Of a stretch of 64,000 bases of DNA, positions 1 to 13,200 are shown in pieces. Under the pieces are notes generated by a model that was not told the DNA's origin, did not search any database, and worked only from the letters and a program-made list of their open reading frames with translations. The position numbers and the translations under genes are program-made. Position 1 is the first letter of the stretch. Each line of letters opens with the position of its first letter. The stretch comes from Octopus vulgaris. Its lineage: Eukaryota. Location: assembly GCA_951406725.2 (NCBI GenBank), contig OX597833.1, forward strand, positions 19,158,001 through 19,222,000, in the 5' to 3' direction.

Positions 1-1205
1 GTATAATGCTTACATTTTCTGTATAAATTTACTAAAACCATTAATGTTTATTGGTAATTAAACTTAATTTGCAACACCTGTGTATATTTATCAGCTTTGT
101 TTTTGTTGATAATTCTTATCAACAACTTTTCCTGTGATCGTGATTTCAGAAGACATACAGCAGTATGCTAAAGATCGGACATAGTCTCTTGTTGGCAAGA
201 AATGTAAAATAAAGTTCATCATAAGCAATACAAACACTTTGTAGTTCAATAGCTTTCAATGTGATACCTGTTAAACAGAAATTTTGTTTTATGAAAATTT
301 AACAAAATCTAATCATAAATAAGTGAAATTATGCTAAATACATCTAAAGTGAAAACCTTTTCCCTCTGGCCATATCAGCAATTCTGAAAACTTTTGGGTG
401 CGAATTTTACATGAGTAGAAGCATTTTTTTAAGAAATTTTATCCTGAAAATCATCTGTGTAAATTACACAGGTGCGCAAATTACATGGGTTTTTACAGTA
501 ACATGAAATTTTGATGGAAGGTTTTTAATTCAGGTCACTTAATCCCTTTTGTTACCATATTTCTGTTAAAATATTCTGCCTTTGTTTCAATTAATTTTGG
601 AAATAATGAAAAATTTAGGTGTAGGAGTGGCTGTGTGGTAGTAGCTTGCTTACCAACCACATGGTTCTGGGTTCAGTCCCACTGCGTGGCACCTCGGGCT
701 GACCAAAACCTTGTGAGTGGATTTGGTAGACGGAAACTGAAAGAAGCCCGTCGTATGTATATATGTATATATATATATATATATGCGTGTGTGTGTTTGT
801 GTCTGTCCCCCTAGCATTGCTTGACAACCGATGCTGGTGTGTTTATGTCCCCGTTACTTAGCAGTTCGGCAAAAGAAACCGATAGAATAAGTACTAGGCT
901 TACAAAGAATAACTCCTGGGGTCAATTTGCTCGACTAAAAAGGTGGTGCTCCAGCATGGCCACAGTCAAATGACTGAAAACAAGTAAAAGAGTAAATTAG
1001 TAAAATAATTTTCTGATTATCAATCTGATGCCTGCAGCATAAATTAGCACGAAATTTTGATGGGAGCTTTTAATTAAGATCGTTTCAAATGAAGAAACTT
1101 TCATCATAGAACCAGGAGTGTTTTCAGGCAGGTTGGTCACAAAACGGTCAAATTGTTTATTCCTGTCTCAGTATTGTGAAATGCATTGTTTTTGATTTTT
1201 TCCAG

Positions 1206-1291
1206 AATGAAAATGAACATTTCCTGAGGTTTGAAAATGAAATGTTAAAGAATATGTTAACAATGAAAGAAAATGAGTCTCATATGCCCAG
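1206..1291 (+). CDS. CENPE: CENP-E-like exon ([28 protein letters not shown])
   Basis: tttttccag acceptor, open frame, AG|gtaag donor; ends phase 2. Confidence 0.75.
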
Positions 1292-4200
1292 GTAAGACTT
1301 CCAAATCTATTTTAACCCTTTAGTGTTTAAACCGGCCATATCCGGCCCAAATATTCTACATGTTTTATATTCAAACTGGTGATATCCAGCCTCTCACACC
1401 TAACCTACATTGACATTCTAAAAATAAACAATCACATCACTGAAACCTCAAAAGCTATGAGATAATGCAGGATTAATTAAAAACAATTTGAGTAAAAAAA
1501 TATTACATTTAACAGAGTAATCTGAACACTAAAGGGTTAACCTTTTCTCGACTATATTTTTAATGTGTGTGTGAGTGGGTGTGTACAGGCTCTTGTGTGT
1601 ATGTATTGACTCTTTGTTTTAATTGATATCCAACATCTAGGTGCAGGCATGGCTGTGTAGTAAGAAGCTTGCTTCCCAGCTACATGGTTTCAGGTTCAAT
1701 CCCATCGTGTAGCACTTTGGGCAAGTGTCTTCTTCTGAAGCCTCAGGCTGACCAAAGCCTTCATCATCATCATCATCATAATCTGTTTCTTTACTACCCA
1801 CAAGGGGCTAAACACAGAGGGGGAAAAACAAGGACAGACAAACAGATTAAGTCGATTACATCGACCCCAGTGTGTAACTGGTACTTCATTTATCGACCCC
1901 GAAAGGATGAAAGGCAAAGTTGACCTCGGCGAAATTTGAACTCAGAACGTAACGGCAGACGAAATACCGCTAAGCATTTCGCCCGGCGTGCTAACGTTTC
2001 TGCCAGCTCATCATCATAATCGTTTAACGTTCGCTTTCCATGCTAGCATGGGTTGGATGATTTGACTGACGACTGGTGAACCAGATGGCTGCACCAGGCT
2101 CCAATCTCGATCTGGGAGAGTTTCTACAGCTGGATGCCCTTCCTAACGCCAACCACTCCGAGAGTGTAGTGGCTGCTTTTACGTGCCACCAGCATGAGGG
2201 CCAATCAGGCGGTACTGGCAACGGCCACGCTCAAATTGTGCTTTTCGTGCCACCTGAACAGGATCCAGTCCAGCGGCACTGGCAACGACCTCGCTCGAAT
2301 GTTATTTTTCACGTGCCACCGGCACAAGTGCCAGTAAGGTGATGCTGGTAATGATCACGCTCGAATGGTGGTTTTTACGTGCCACCAGCATGGAAGCCAG
2401 TCAGCTGCTCTGGCAACGATCACGCTTGGATGGTGCTCTTAGCGCTCCACCAGTGAGTGGATTTGATTGACGGAAACAAAAAGAACCCCATTGTGTGTGT
2501 GTGTGTGTGTATGTGTGTGGTTGTCCCAGGACTACAGCAGAAGACACTTGTCCCAGGTGCCATACAGTGGGATTGCCAGTACTTGCTTCTCCTTTGCATG
2601 CATGAACTATGATAATTATGAAGCAGATATTATCATCTTCTTAAGAAGAATGGTGTATTTGATGTATGTGGTAGTGAAACTGCATTGAAAATTGGTTTTA
2701 TAAACTTTCTTTACAGCCCAACTAAAAAACCTCGCCTCTCTGTCCCTGATCACGATGAAACCAAGGAATTCCTTGAGTTGGAGTTACAGTGTGTCAACGA
2801 TGGAATCAAATTGAGTGTATGTATATCCATAGGTTATTATTTATCATCATCATTATCGTTTAACGTCCGTTTTCCATGCTAGCATGGGTTGGACGGTTCA
2901 ACTGGGTCTGGGAAGCCAGAAGGCTGCGCCAGGCCCAGTCTGATCTGGCAGTGTTTCTACAGCTGGATTCCCTTCCTAACGCCAACCACTCCATGAGTGT
3001 AGTGGGTGCTTTTTATGTGCCACCTGCACAGGTGCCAGATGAGGCTGGTAAACGGCCACAATTGGATGGTGCTTTTTACGTGCCACCGGCACGGGGGCCA
3101 GACGAGGCTGGCAACGGCCATATTTATCGTCATCATTATCGTTATCATTTAACATTTGTCTTCCATGCATGTGTAGTGGATGTGTGTGTGTATTAATAAA
3201 TACATAAATTGTTTCATGATTAAAAAGGGATTTATTTACATGGATTATAAATACACTACATACAATTGTAAGCAAATGCTACGCATTGCTTGTATAGAGC
3301 ACATAATAAAGATGAATATGTTTGTGTGTGTGGGTGTGTGCGTGAATCATTCGAAACAGTAGCCTGTAGGCATTTTCTCTGTCGTCTCCAAAACGTGGGG
3401 TGTCTGCTGGTGTGTCAGCTCCGATTGTGTTTCTTTCTCTGTTTTTCCCTTGTATTTATAATATTTCAAACAGCTAGAAAGATAGACATACTGCAACAGA
3501 GCCACCACTTAAGTAGGTCAGCGCTTGTACAGTTGAACTTCGCCTGACATGGCTGAGGTCGCAGGTCAAAGGGAGATGATCAATCACTTTTTGACAGAAC
3601 AAAGGATCTTTAAATTTCGCGCCTATACATGCATTGGTTTTTGACGACCGATGATTCTTGGATTCGATTTCGAATCTAGGCTTAGAGAAGGAAGTGCTAA
3701 CTCTTACACTACCCCACTTCTAGTGAGAAAGCCACAGAGATCGAACGATATTGGAAATGTTATTTTTTGTGTGTATGCAGAAAAAATTTACACATTGTAA
3801 CAGACAAATGAACAATAAAAATATGAAGCAAAGGTTTACTGTTTGTGTGTGCTATATGGTGGGCAATATGTATATGTGCCCAGGCAGAAATATGTTGGCA
3901 CGTTGAAAGAGATGTGCGTCTATTGATTACTTGACCCACTAGAGGTCTAATAGAGGCAAGGTGTCTTTCAGTGGCGAAAAAGATCGAGTGATAGCACACA
4001 TGAGAATATGACTTGTAAATGTGTGTGAACATACAGTTAGCAAAAATATATTTACAAGAAAGCAAAACATTTTAAAGAGAAAACAAAAATTATGTACATG
4101 CAAAAATGAAAGAAATGTTCATCGGCAAAGTTCGATTGTGAAATGTTCTGTAAATGTTCATACAGACAGTTTTTCGTTGATGTGGAACAACGTTTTTGTT

Positions 4201-7200
4201 TTCATTTTTTTTTTCTTTATGTACACGAATGTTCTTTGATTTCTTTGGGTTTGTATGTGGGTGATGCAGTTATGTGAGATATGTGTTGATGTATGCATTT
4301 CATTTAGGAAGATGGATAAGTTAAGAGTTCGGAACTTACCCGAAAAACTTGCACAAACCTTGCTGGCCATCGAACTGTTCTTCCCGATTTGGTGTGTCGG
4401 GGTTGTGCAGAATCTGTGGTGTTTGCTGGAGTTGTTGAGTCTGTTCGAGGAAAGGAGGGAACTGAATGTAAGTCCTCCTCGATGAAAGCTTTTTTTAAAC
4501 GATCAATCGAGACTGTATTTCGTTTGCCTCCAATATCGAGGACGAAATACTTGGGTTCTCTTTTGATAACCTTGTAGGGCCCGGAATATGGTGGGCGAAG
4601 TTGAGATGGTATCCCATCATTCCTCACGAAAACATGAGTCCAAGTGTTGATATCTTTTGGGACTCGTGAAACGACGTTCTGTTGTCTGGGGCCTGAAGGT
4701 GATAATTGCGACATGGATGTCCGTAATCGGTGCACATATTGTTGTGGGTCAGGAAAGTCTTGTGAAACAGGTTCGATCATCTGCCCAGGTAAGATGAGTG
4801 CTGTGCCATAAACGAGTTCAGCCGGAGTATATCCCAGTTCTTCCTTAACCGTGGATCGAATTCCAAGGAGGATGAGAGGGAGATGTTCCAACCAGTGAGA
4901 ACTGTCTGGAGCTGCTTTAATAGATACCTTGAGTTGGCGGTGAAAGCGTTCGACCATGCCATTTGCTGCAGGGTGGTAAGCCGTAGTGCGTGTGTGTTTA
5001 CACCCGAGGAGACGAGTGAAAAGGTGGGAATCGAACTGACGTCCTCTGTCGGTGGTGAATGTTGCAGGTGTGCCAAAATGCGAAACCCATTGTGATATCA
5101 GCGTTTTGGCGACCGTTTCCTCTGATATATCAGATAAGGGCCAGGCTTTGGGCCATCGCGAAAAACGATCTACGCAGGTAAGCAAATATGAATAGTTCTG
5201 CGAAGGTGGCAGGGATCCGACGATATCAATGTGAGCGTGCTGAAATCGTGCGTCGGGTTGCGAAAATGAACCGATTGATGATTTTATGTGCCGGTGGATT
5301 TTTGCTTTTTGGAACGCAACACAGCACTTGGTTCATTCTCTGATATCCTGGTCCACACAAAACGGGTCGATATCAGCTTTTGAGTGGAGTGAATACCAGG
5401 ATGTGACAGAGAATGCAGAGCGGAGAAAACTTCTCGACGATGTTTCTGTGGTACATAAGGGCGTTGGTAACCAGTGGAGATATCACACCAAATATGGGCT
5501 GTGGATGATGGTAGCGGAACATGCTGAAATTTCAGAGATGATGAATTCCGGAGCTTTAGAAGTTCTTCGTCATTCTCTTGGTCAGCTGCTATACGTGCCA
5601 GATCAATTGTAGATGTGGTGTGGATAGCATTGATCTGCGCGCGTGAAAGTGCATCGGCTGCTAAGTTGGTCGTCCCTTTGATGTGGCGTATATCTGTTGT
5701 GTACTGCGATATGAAGTCGAGGTGGCGGATTTCTCTCGGCGAGTGGCGATCCAGCTTGGTGTTAAATGCATATACTAATGGCTTGTGGTCAGTGTATATG
5801 GCAAAATTGGTACCTTCTAGCATGTGACGGAAATGCTTAACGGCCAGGTATGCTGCTAATAATTCCCGACTGAAAGTGCTGTATTTGGTTTCCGTGGGTT
5901 TTAACCGCTTTGAAAAGAAAGACGACGGTTGCCATATACCGTCAACAAGCTGCTGTAGTACACCTCCAACTCCGGAATCGGATGCATCAACGAGTAAACA
6001 TCGTGGGGCGTATGGTTTTGGATAAACCAACATGGTAGTCATGGATAACGCTTTTTTCAGGGCAGCGAAAGAAGCGAGTTGATCTTCGGTCAGAGCTATA
6101 TCTGCATTTTTGCAAGTACGCTGACGTAGCAAATCTGTGAGCGGTTGCGCTATCTCAGCGAGGTGGGGTATGAACCGTCGATAGAAATTCGCTAGACCGA
6201 GATATTCCCTTAATTTGCGGAGAGATGTGGGTGGTGGAAAATCCACGATGGCCTTGACTTTCTCGGGAAGGGGACGAATTCCATTCTTATCGACGATGTG
6301 CCCGAGAAAATGAAGGAAAGCAACTCCGAACAAACATTTAGTAGGGTTGATAACAACAAATTGTCGGAGGCGTTTGAATAGTAGGTGAAGGTGTTGGTTA
6401 CGTTCTTCGTCCGAGTTACTGGCCACAAGTATGTCGTCTATGTAGGCATAGACGAAAGGCAAACCTCTAGTCACATCATCATCATCATCGTTTAGCGTCC
6501 GTTTTCCATGCTAGCATGGGTTGGACGGTTCTACTGGGGTCTGTGAAGCCAGAAGGCTTCATCAGGCCCAGTCAAATCTGGCAGTGTTTCTACGGCTGGA
6601 TGCCCTTCCTAACGCCAACCACTCCGTGAGTGTAGTGGGTGCTTTTTACGTGTCACCCGCACAGGTGCCAGACAGAGCTGGCAAACGGCTACGAACAGAT
6701 GGTGCTTTTTATGTGCCACCGGCACGGGGGTCAGGCGAGGCTGGCAACGGACACTAACGGATGGTGCTTTTTACGTGCCACCGGCACGAGGCCAGTCGGG
6801 GCGGCGCTGGTAACGCTCGCGAAACGGAAGGTTCTCTTACATGCCACCGGCACTGGTAACACATCTGCAATTTCCATTGATCGATTTCGATTCTGATCCT
6901 CACTTGCCTCAACAGGTCTTCACAAGTAGAGTTTTGTGTCCCAAGAAGGGAAGGTATGCATACGTAGGCTGGCTCCATCCCATGTAGAAGGCCACGGGTT
7001 ATGGACTCACTTGTCCTGCCGGGTCTTCTCGTGCACAGCACACCTCCAGAGGTCTCGGTCTCTAGTCATTTCCTCAGTGAGACCTAAAGTTCGAAGGTCG
7101 TGCTTCACCACCTCGTCCCAGGTTTTCCTGGGTCTGCCTCTTCCGCAGGTTCCCTCAACCGCTAGGGTGTGGCACTTTTTCACACAACTATCTTCATCCA

Positions 7201-10200
7201 TTCTCGCCACATGACCATACCAGCACAAACGTCTCTCTTGCACACCACAACTGATGCTTCTTAGGTCCAGCTTTTCTCTCAAGGTACTTACACTCTGCCG
7301 AGTATGAGTACTGACATTACACATCCATCGGAGCATACTGGCTTCATTTCTTGCGAGTTTACGCATATCCTCAGCAGTCACGGCCCATGTTTCACTGCCA
7401 TGTAGCATGGCTGTTCGTACACACGCATCATACAGTCTGCCTTTCACTCTGTGCGAGAGGCCTTTTGTCACCAGCAGAGGTAAGAGCTCTCTGAACTTTG
7501 CCCAAGCTATTCTTACTCTAGCAGTTACACTTTCAGCACACCCGCCCCCCGATAAACCTTTGGAATGTCTGTGCCGCGTTGCGTAAACCGAAAGGCATAT
7601 GCAGGAATTCAAACATTCCGAAAGGTGTAGTAACTGCTGTCTTCGAGATGTCCGCAGGATTTGGTTGTATGCTCGCACAAGGTCGATTTTGGAAAAGATG
7701 CGAGCTCCATGCAGCGAGCTCGAAAAGTCTTGAAGAAAAGGCACCGGATAGGCATCACTGATAGTGCTTTTATTCAGCGATCGATAATCGCCGCAAACCC
7801 ACCAATCGGTCGATGATTTTTTTGGGACGCAGTGTATCGGCGAGGACCAGTTGCTGCTGGAAGGGCGGATGATTCCGAGGTCAAGCATGTGCTGGAATTC
7901 CCGCTTGACGATCAGATGGTAACCTTCTGGGCTTTGCAGCAACAGGTGGACTGCTGGTTTTGATGTGGTGAATAACTTTGTGTTTGATTGGCTGGCTATG
8001 GAATACTGGTCGAGCGACGTCCGGATATTCCTTCAGGATGGAACTGTGATGAGTCGTTGTTGTAAGAAATACAGTTGGGCTGACTGTGGCCATACGAGCG
8101 GCTATACCGCGCACAGTAAGCCTGGTGGTGCTGTCGACAAGTCGTCTGTTCTTTATGTCTACCAGGAGACCGAAATGATGCAGGAAATCGGCTCCTAAGA
8201 TAGGGGTCGGCAGTTTAGTAATGACGAATACCCATTGAAATGTGCGGCGTAGTCCTAAGTTCAATGTTAGGGACTGTTCACCGTAGGTTGGGATGGGTGA
8301 ATGGTTGACTGCCTGAAGACAGACTGATGTCTCTTTTCTTTTTCCAGAAGTGTTGGAGACAGGGATGATGCTGACTTCCGCACCGGTGTCAACCAGGAAA
8401 TGCGTGCCTGTTACCCGATCGCAAATGAAAAACAGGTGACTGTGTGGGTGTGAGCCAGGAACTTCCGTCGCGTTCAATTCCTGGCTGTGCCGTTTCCCGA
8501 ACTGGGTGAGGAAAACGAGCACGGTACAGTACATTTTTGTGCCCGTGTTCCGAATGTTCGGTGGTACCAACACGTGTCATGTGAGTTGCGGGTAACACTG
8601 GGGCTTCGGGACCATCTGCCATCTTGTCGCGAACGGCTGGTGTTTCGATGCTGGGGACTAAGCTTTAGGGCCTGTATTTGGGCTGTGTGGATCTGTATTT
8701 GAGCAGCTTGCTGCGTCATTAATGCACGCAAGTCCGAAATCTCGGAAGAACTGGTTTGTGCACGGAAAGGATTGGTACTGGGGGCGGCTGGCGTCACCGT
8801 CGATACCGTTGGATATTTGTGTGGTACTTCGGCTATTTTGTCAGCTAGATCCGCCAGTTCTTCAATGGATGTATTTTCTCTAGTAGAAGCGAGAACAACC
8901 TGGGTATTGGAGGGCAGACGCTGGAGAAAAAGCTGCTTGAAAATTTTTTTCTGGGAGGCTCTCATCTCCGAGAAGCTGCTTCATTCTACGAAGAAGCTGG
9001 GACAGCGTTTTGTCACCCAATTCTTCCGATATCAAAAGCTAGTGAAGTTGTTTCTGTTGCGATTCGGAGGTTCTGTTTATCAGAATGGTTTTAAAAGTGT
9101 CGTACGACACAGAACGGGGTGGTGCCATGATAAGATCACGGACAACGTTTGTTATTTCTGGCGATAGAGAACTGATAACATGCGAAAGTCGAGACGCATC
9201 GCTCAGTATTCTGTGAGAGGAAAACTGTGCCTCTATATGGTAAAACCATAATGCAGGGTCGTGGGTCCAGAATGGTGGAATTTTCAAAGAAATCCCCGCT
9301 TGGAATGAAATGTCGATCTGAGGTATGATGTTGGCCGCTAGATTCTGTTCCGGGAGGTCCATTGTGTTCGTCAGAATTCTCAGGTGTTTCATTGCCAGGT
9401 GATGTGCAAGCTGTAATTCTTCAACGCGGTTGATGAAGCTGGTTCCGGGGAAGGCGCAATTCGTTTGACGGGGTCACCAAATGTAGTGGATGTGTGTGTG
9501 TATTAATAAATACATAAGTTGTTTCATGATTAAAAAGGGATTTATTTACATGGATTATAAATACACTACATACAATTGTAAGCAAATGCTACGCATTGCT
9601 TGTACAGAGCACATAATAAAGATGAATATGTTTGTGTGTGTGGGTGTGTGCGTGAATCATTTGAAACAGTAGCCTGTAGGCATTTTCTCTGTCGTCTCCA
9701 AAACGCGGGGTGTCTGCTGGTGTGTCAGTTCCGATTGTGTTTCTTTCTCTGTTTTTCCCTTGTATTTATAATATTTCAAACAGCTAGAAAGATAGACATA
9801 CTGCAACAGAGCCACCACTTAAGTAGGTCAGCGCGTGTCCAGTTGAACTTCGCCTGACATGGCTGAGGTCGCAGGTCAAAGGGAGATGATCAATCACTTT
9901 TTGACAGAACAAAAGATCTTTAAATTTCGCGCCTATACATGCATTGGTATTTGACAACCGATGATTCTTGGATTCGATTTCGAATCTAGGCTTAGAGAAG
10001 GAAGTGCTAACTCTTACACATGTATAAGTAGGACGGTTGACAGGGGCCAGCCAGGTAGAAGACTACCTCAGGATACTGTGTCTGTTTTTACAGCTGGATA
10101 CCCTTCTAAATGCTAATCACTTTACAGAGTGGACTGGATGCTTTTAACATGGCACCAGCATTGGCAGGGTCACCAAGTAACTTGCAAGACAAGGAATTTT

Positions 10201-13200
10201 GGGAAGGGTAGGGGCATTTAAAGAGGGGACTTGTGTCAGAGGATAAAAGGTTAGTGTGACTGAGAGATAGATACAGGTGTCTTGCTATAGAGGAGCTACC
10301 TGGTTACCCAGCGAGAGACAGAGAAGAGAAAAAAAGGGTTGGGCTGTGGGGTTTAAAGTTCCTTCCTGAGTCATATAGATTCATAAGGCTAGTTTCCCAG
10401 TTACTGTGATGTGTATATTCCTTCCTGGATGCAGCACTAGTCCTTTACAAGATGACATGCTTTTGCCAGCTGAGTGGACTGGAGTAACATGAAGTGATGT
10501 GTTTTGCTCAAGAACACAACACATCACCTGGTCCCAGAATTGAAACCAAAATCTTATGACCATGAGTTCAACACCCTAACCACTAAGCCACATGCCTCCA
10601 CTTATTCGTCTCTATTTTATTCTTATTCTTTAATTCTTTTACTTGTTTCAGCCATTTGACTGTGACCATGCTGGAGCACACCCTTGGAGAGTTTTAACCA
10701 AAAAAATCGACCCAGGACTTATTTTTAATTACTGTACTTATTCTATCAGTCTGTTTTAAACACACCAACACTGGTTGTCAAGCAGTGATGGGGGGGGACA
10801 AACACAAACACAGACACACACACACACATATATACAACAGGCTTCTTTCAGTTTCCATTTCTCAAATCTACTCACAAGGCTTTAGTCAACTCGAGACTAT
10901 AGCAGAAGTCACTTGCCCAAGGGGCCACACACTGGGATTCAACCCAGAACCATGTGGCTGGGAAACAGGCTTCTTACCACATATCCATGCCTATGCCTAT
11001 TTTAGATATTCCTATTAGAAAGCTCTGCACCACATCTTGGTGCTGTACACCAACTTAACTAGGCTTATAAGATGGCAATTTTGAATATTATAAACCTAAT
11101 TGTTAACCCTTTAGCATTCAGATTATTCTGTCAAATGTAAAGCTTATGTATTCACACCATGTAAAATTAATCTTGCATCATTTCATGGCTTCGAGATTTC
11201 AATGATGTGATTGTTTATTTTTAAAATGACACAATAAGGTAGCTATGAATGACCATATCTGACTAGTTTGAACATAAAATACATATATTATAAACCTAAT
11301 TGTTAAAGATGAAATATTTTTTCTGCGTGGATTTGAGAGGTGCAACGAAATATCAAAATGTTTTTTTTCTCTTTTGAACTTCTTCAACTGAATCTATAAA
11401 CAGATTCTGTAGATCACTTTCAGTTAGCATCAGCCACTAATTGCCAACAGGATCTCTTTCTCTTCCTTTTCTGAACAATAGATTCCATTATATCACTCTT
11501 TTTAGCACTACCACTTTGACCCATGGGCACCTTTGTCAGAATCCACTCTGTCGCAAGCATTCTTTTGACTGAGCATTCTCATGATTTTTTGAGAAACTTT
11601 CATCCTTGGCATTTTCCCCAAGATGTCAGAAACCAACACTGAATCTTGTGAACAATTTTCCTACTTCTTTGATGTCCATGGACTTTGTTGCAACCTAAAT
11701 ACCACACATCACCTCACGCTCACACAAACTCTATGTCCTATTCCTCTCCAAGCCACAGATTTCTCAGCCTGTATCCATAATCCATCTGCACCATTGAGGC
11801 TACATTCTTTGCTCAAACTCTATTCTGAAAGGTTGTGTCTGCATTTGTTCAGACTCCTCTCATCTTCCACTAGGGTTTCAGAAATTATGCAAGCTCAGTT
11901 TCCCTTACTCCTTCATATTCATCTGCTCCATTTGTCGCCCTCTGAACTCCTTGAACCACTTGTAACTCTTCATCTACATCTTCCCCTGCATTGTGAGTGG
12001 ATTTGCTAGACGGAAACTGAAAGAAGCCTGTTATTTATTTGTATATATATATATATATATATAGTTATGTGTTTGTCCTTCCACCATCACATTACTACCA
12101 TCTTGGTGTGTTTACATCCCCGTAACTTAGCAGTTCAGCAAAGGAGACCAATAGAATAAGTACCAGGCTTACAAAGAATAAGTCCAGGCAGCACTGCAGC
12201 ATGGCCACAATCAATCAAAATGACTGAAACAAGTAAAAGAGTAAGAAAGTATATATTTTCCCACACACTTCCACTTCCCCCAATTGCTTACATGATGCCT
12301 GTTTATTATTAGATGAATGGGGCTGTTGAGAATTAAGATTATTTTCTTTGCTAATTATGTTATGAAGTGTGAGTGAATGTACAGAAATAGTCAAACCTTT
12401 CATCGCAGAATACAATGTAATTATAGGAAAATTATCTGTGACACGAATCCTATTGAAAGTGTAACAGGATGAAGGTCTCAGGAACACTTGAGGAGTGTCG
12501 GTCTAATCCTGTTACATTCAATTGTGTTGAAAGGAAAACCAAAGCTTCGACTATCTTCAACAGCAATAAATAATACTTTATTTTTGTCTGGATTCGCAAA
12601 TAAAATATATGCACATATATTTTCTTCGGGGCGAACCGGTAGCCAAGTCCATAAAACTATTCACAACAGTTAACTTGTGTGAGCCAAAATGCTGTCTTCG
12701 TTCCCTCGTAGAAGGGGGCTTTTCTACGTGTTAGGTTTTCCTTGAGAGAAGGTTTAGTTGTGTCCACTTGATAGGGCTGCAGCTTCAAAAAGACTGATCT
12801 AGCGGGAAAACTTTCTGTTCGCAGTTCTCTGCGCATGAGGGAACTTCCGGCGGCCTACCGGAAGTAATCCAACTCTGTGCATGCGTGCTGAAAACTTCCA
12901 AAATAGCATCACTACAGAAGTATTTCTTTGTTCTTACAGGTGGAAGAGGAAAAGATTGAAAAGGAGAGACAAAGGCTGAAAGAAGAAAAAACGAATCATG
13001 ACAGAGAAGTGAAAGCTTTCATTGACTCAAAAACAGATCTGATGCAAAAAGTGCAAAGTACAGAAACTGAAAATATGTACTTGCTGTCTAAACTGCAAAA
13101 TAGTCAAGAACGTGTGAAGAGCCTTGAAGAAGAGCTTCAGCATGCACAAAGATCTAGTTTGTTAGATACTAGCTGTTGTAGTAATTCTGGAGATAGGCCG

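Larger units (their letters stand above)
3172..10018 (-). mobile_element. Full-length but decayed Ty3/gypsy LTR retrotransposon
   Basis: Two 537-bp TG...CA LTRs (3172-3708, 9482-10018; about 10 mismatches) and a CATG TSD. PBS at 9469-9479 and PPT at 3709-3722. Domains in gypsy order: gag (PPFW...WF, CWYH...C...C), protease LVDTGA, RT YIDD, RNase H DAS, integrase with GPY motif. Confidence 0.97.

Noticed and set aside
2024-3360. Many 60-150 aa ORFs with [18 protein letters not shown] or YIYIY motifs here and throughout the window
   Set aside because: Translations of SINE, RTE UTR and microsatellite sequence.
7007-7942. 311-aa ORF appearing to be a gypsy-RTE fusion protein
   Set aside because: Chance read-through across a frameshifted gypsy RT and the RTE insertion junction.
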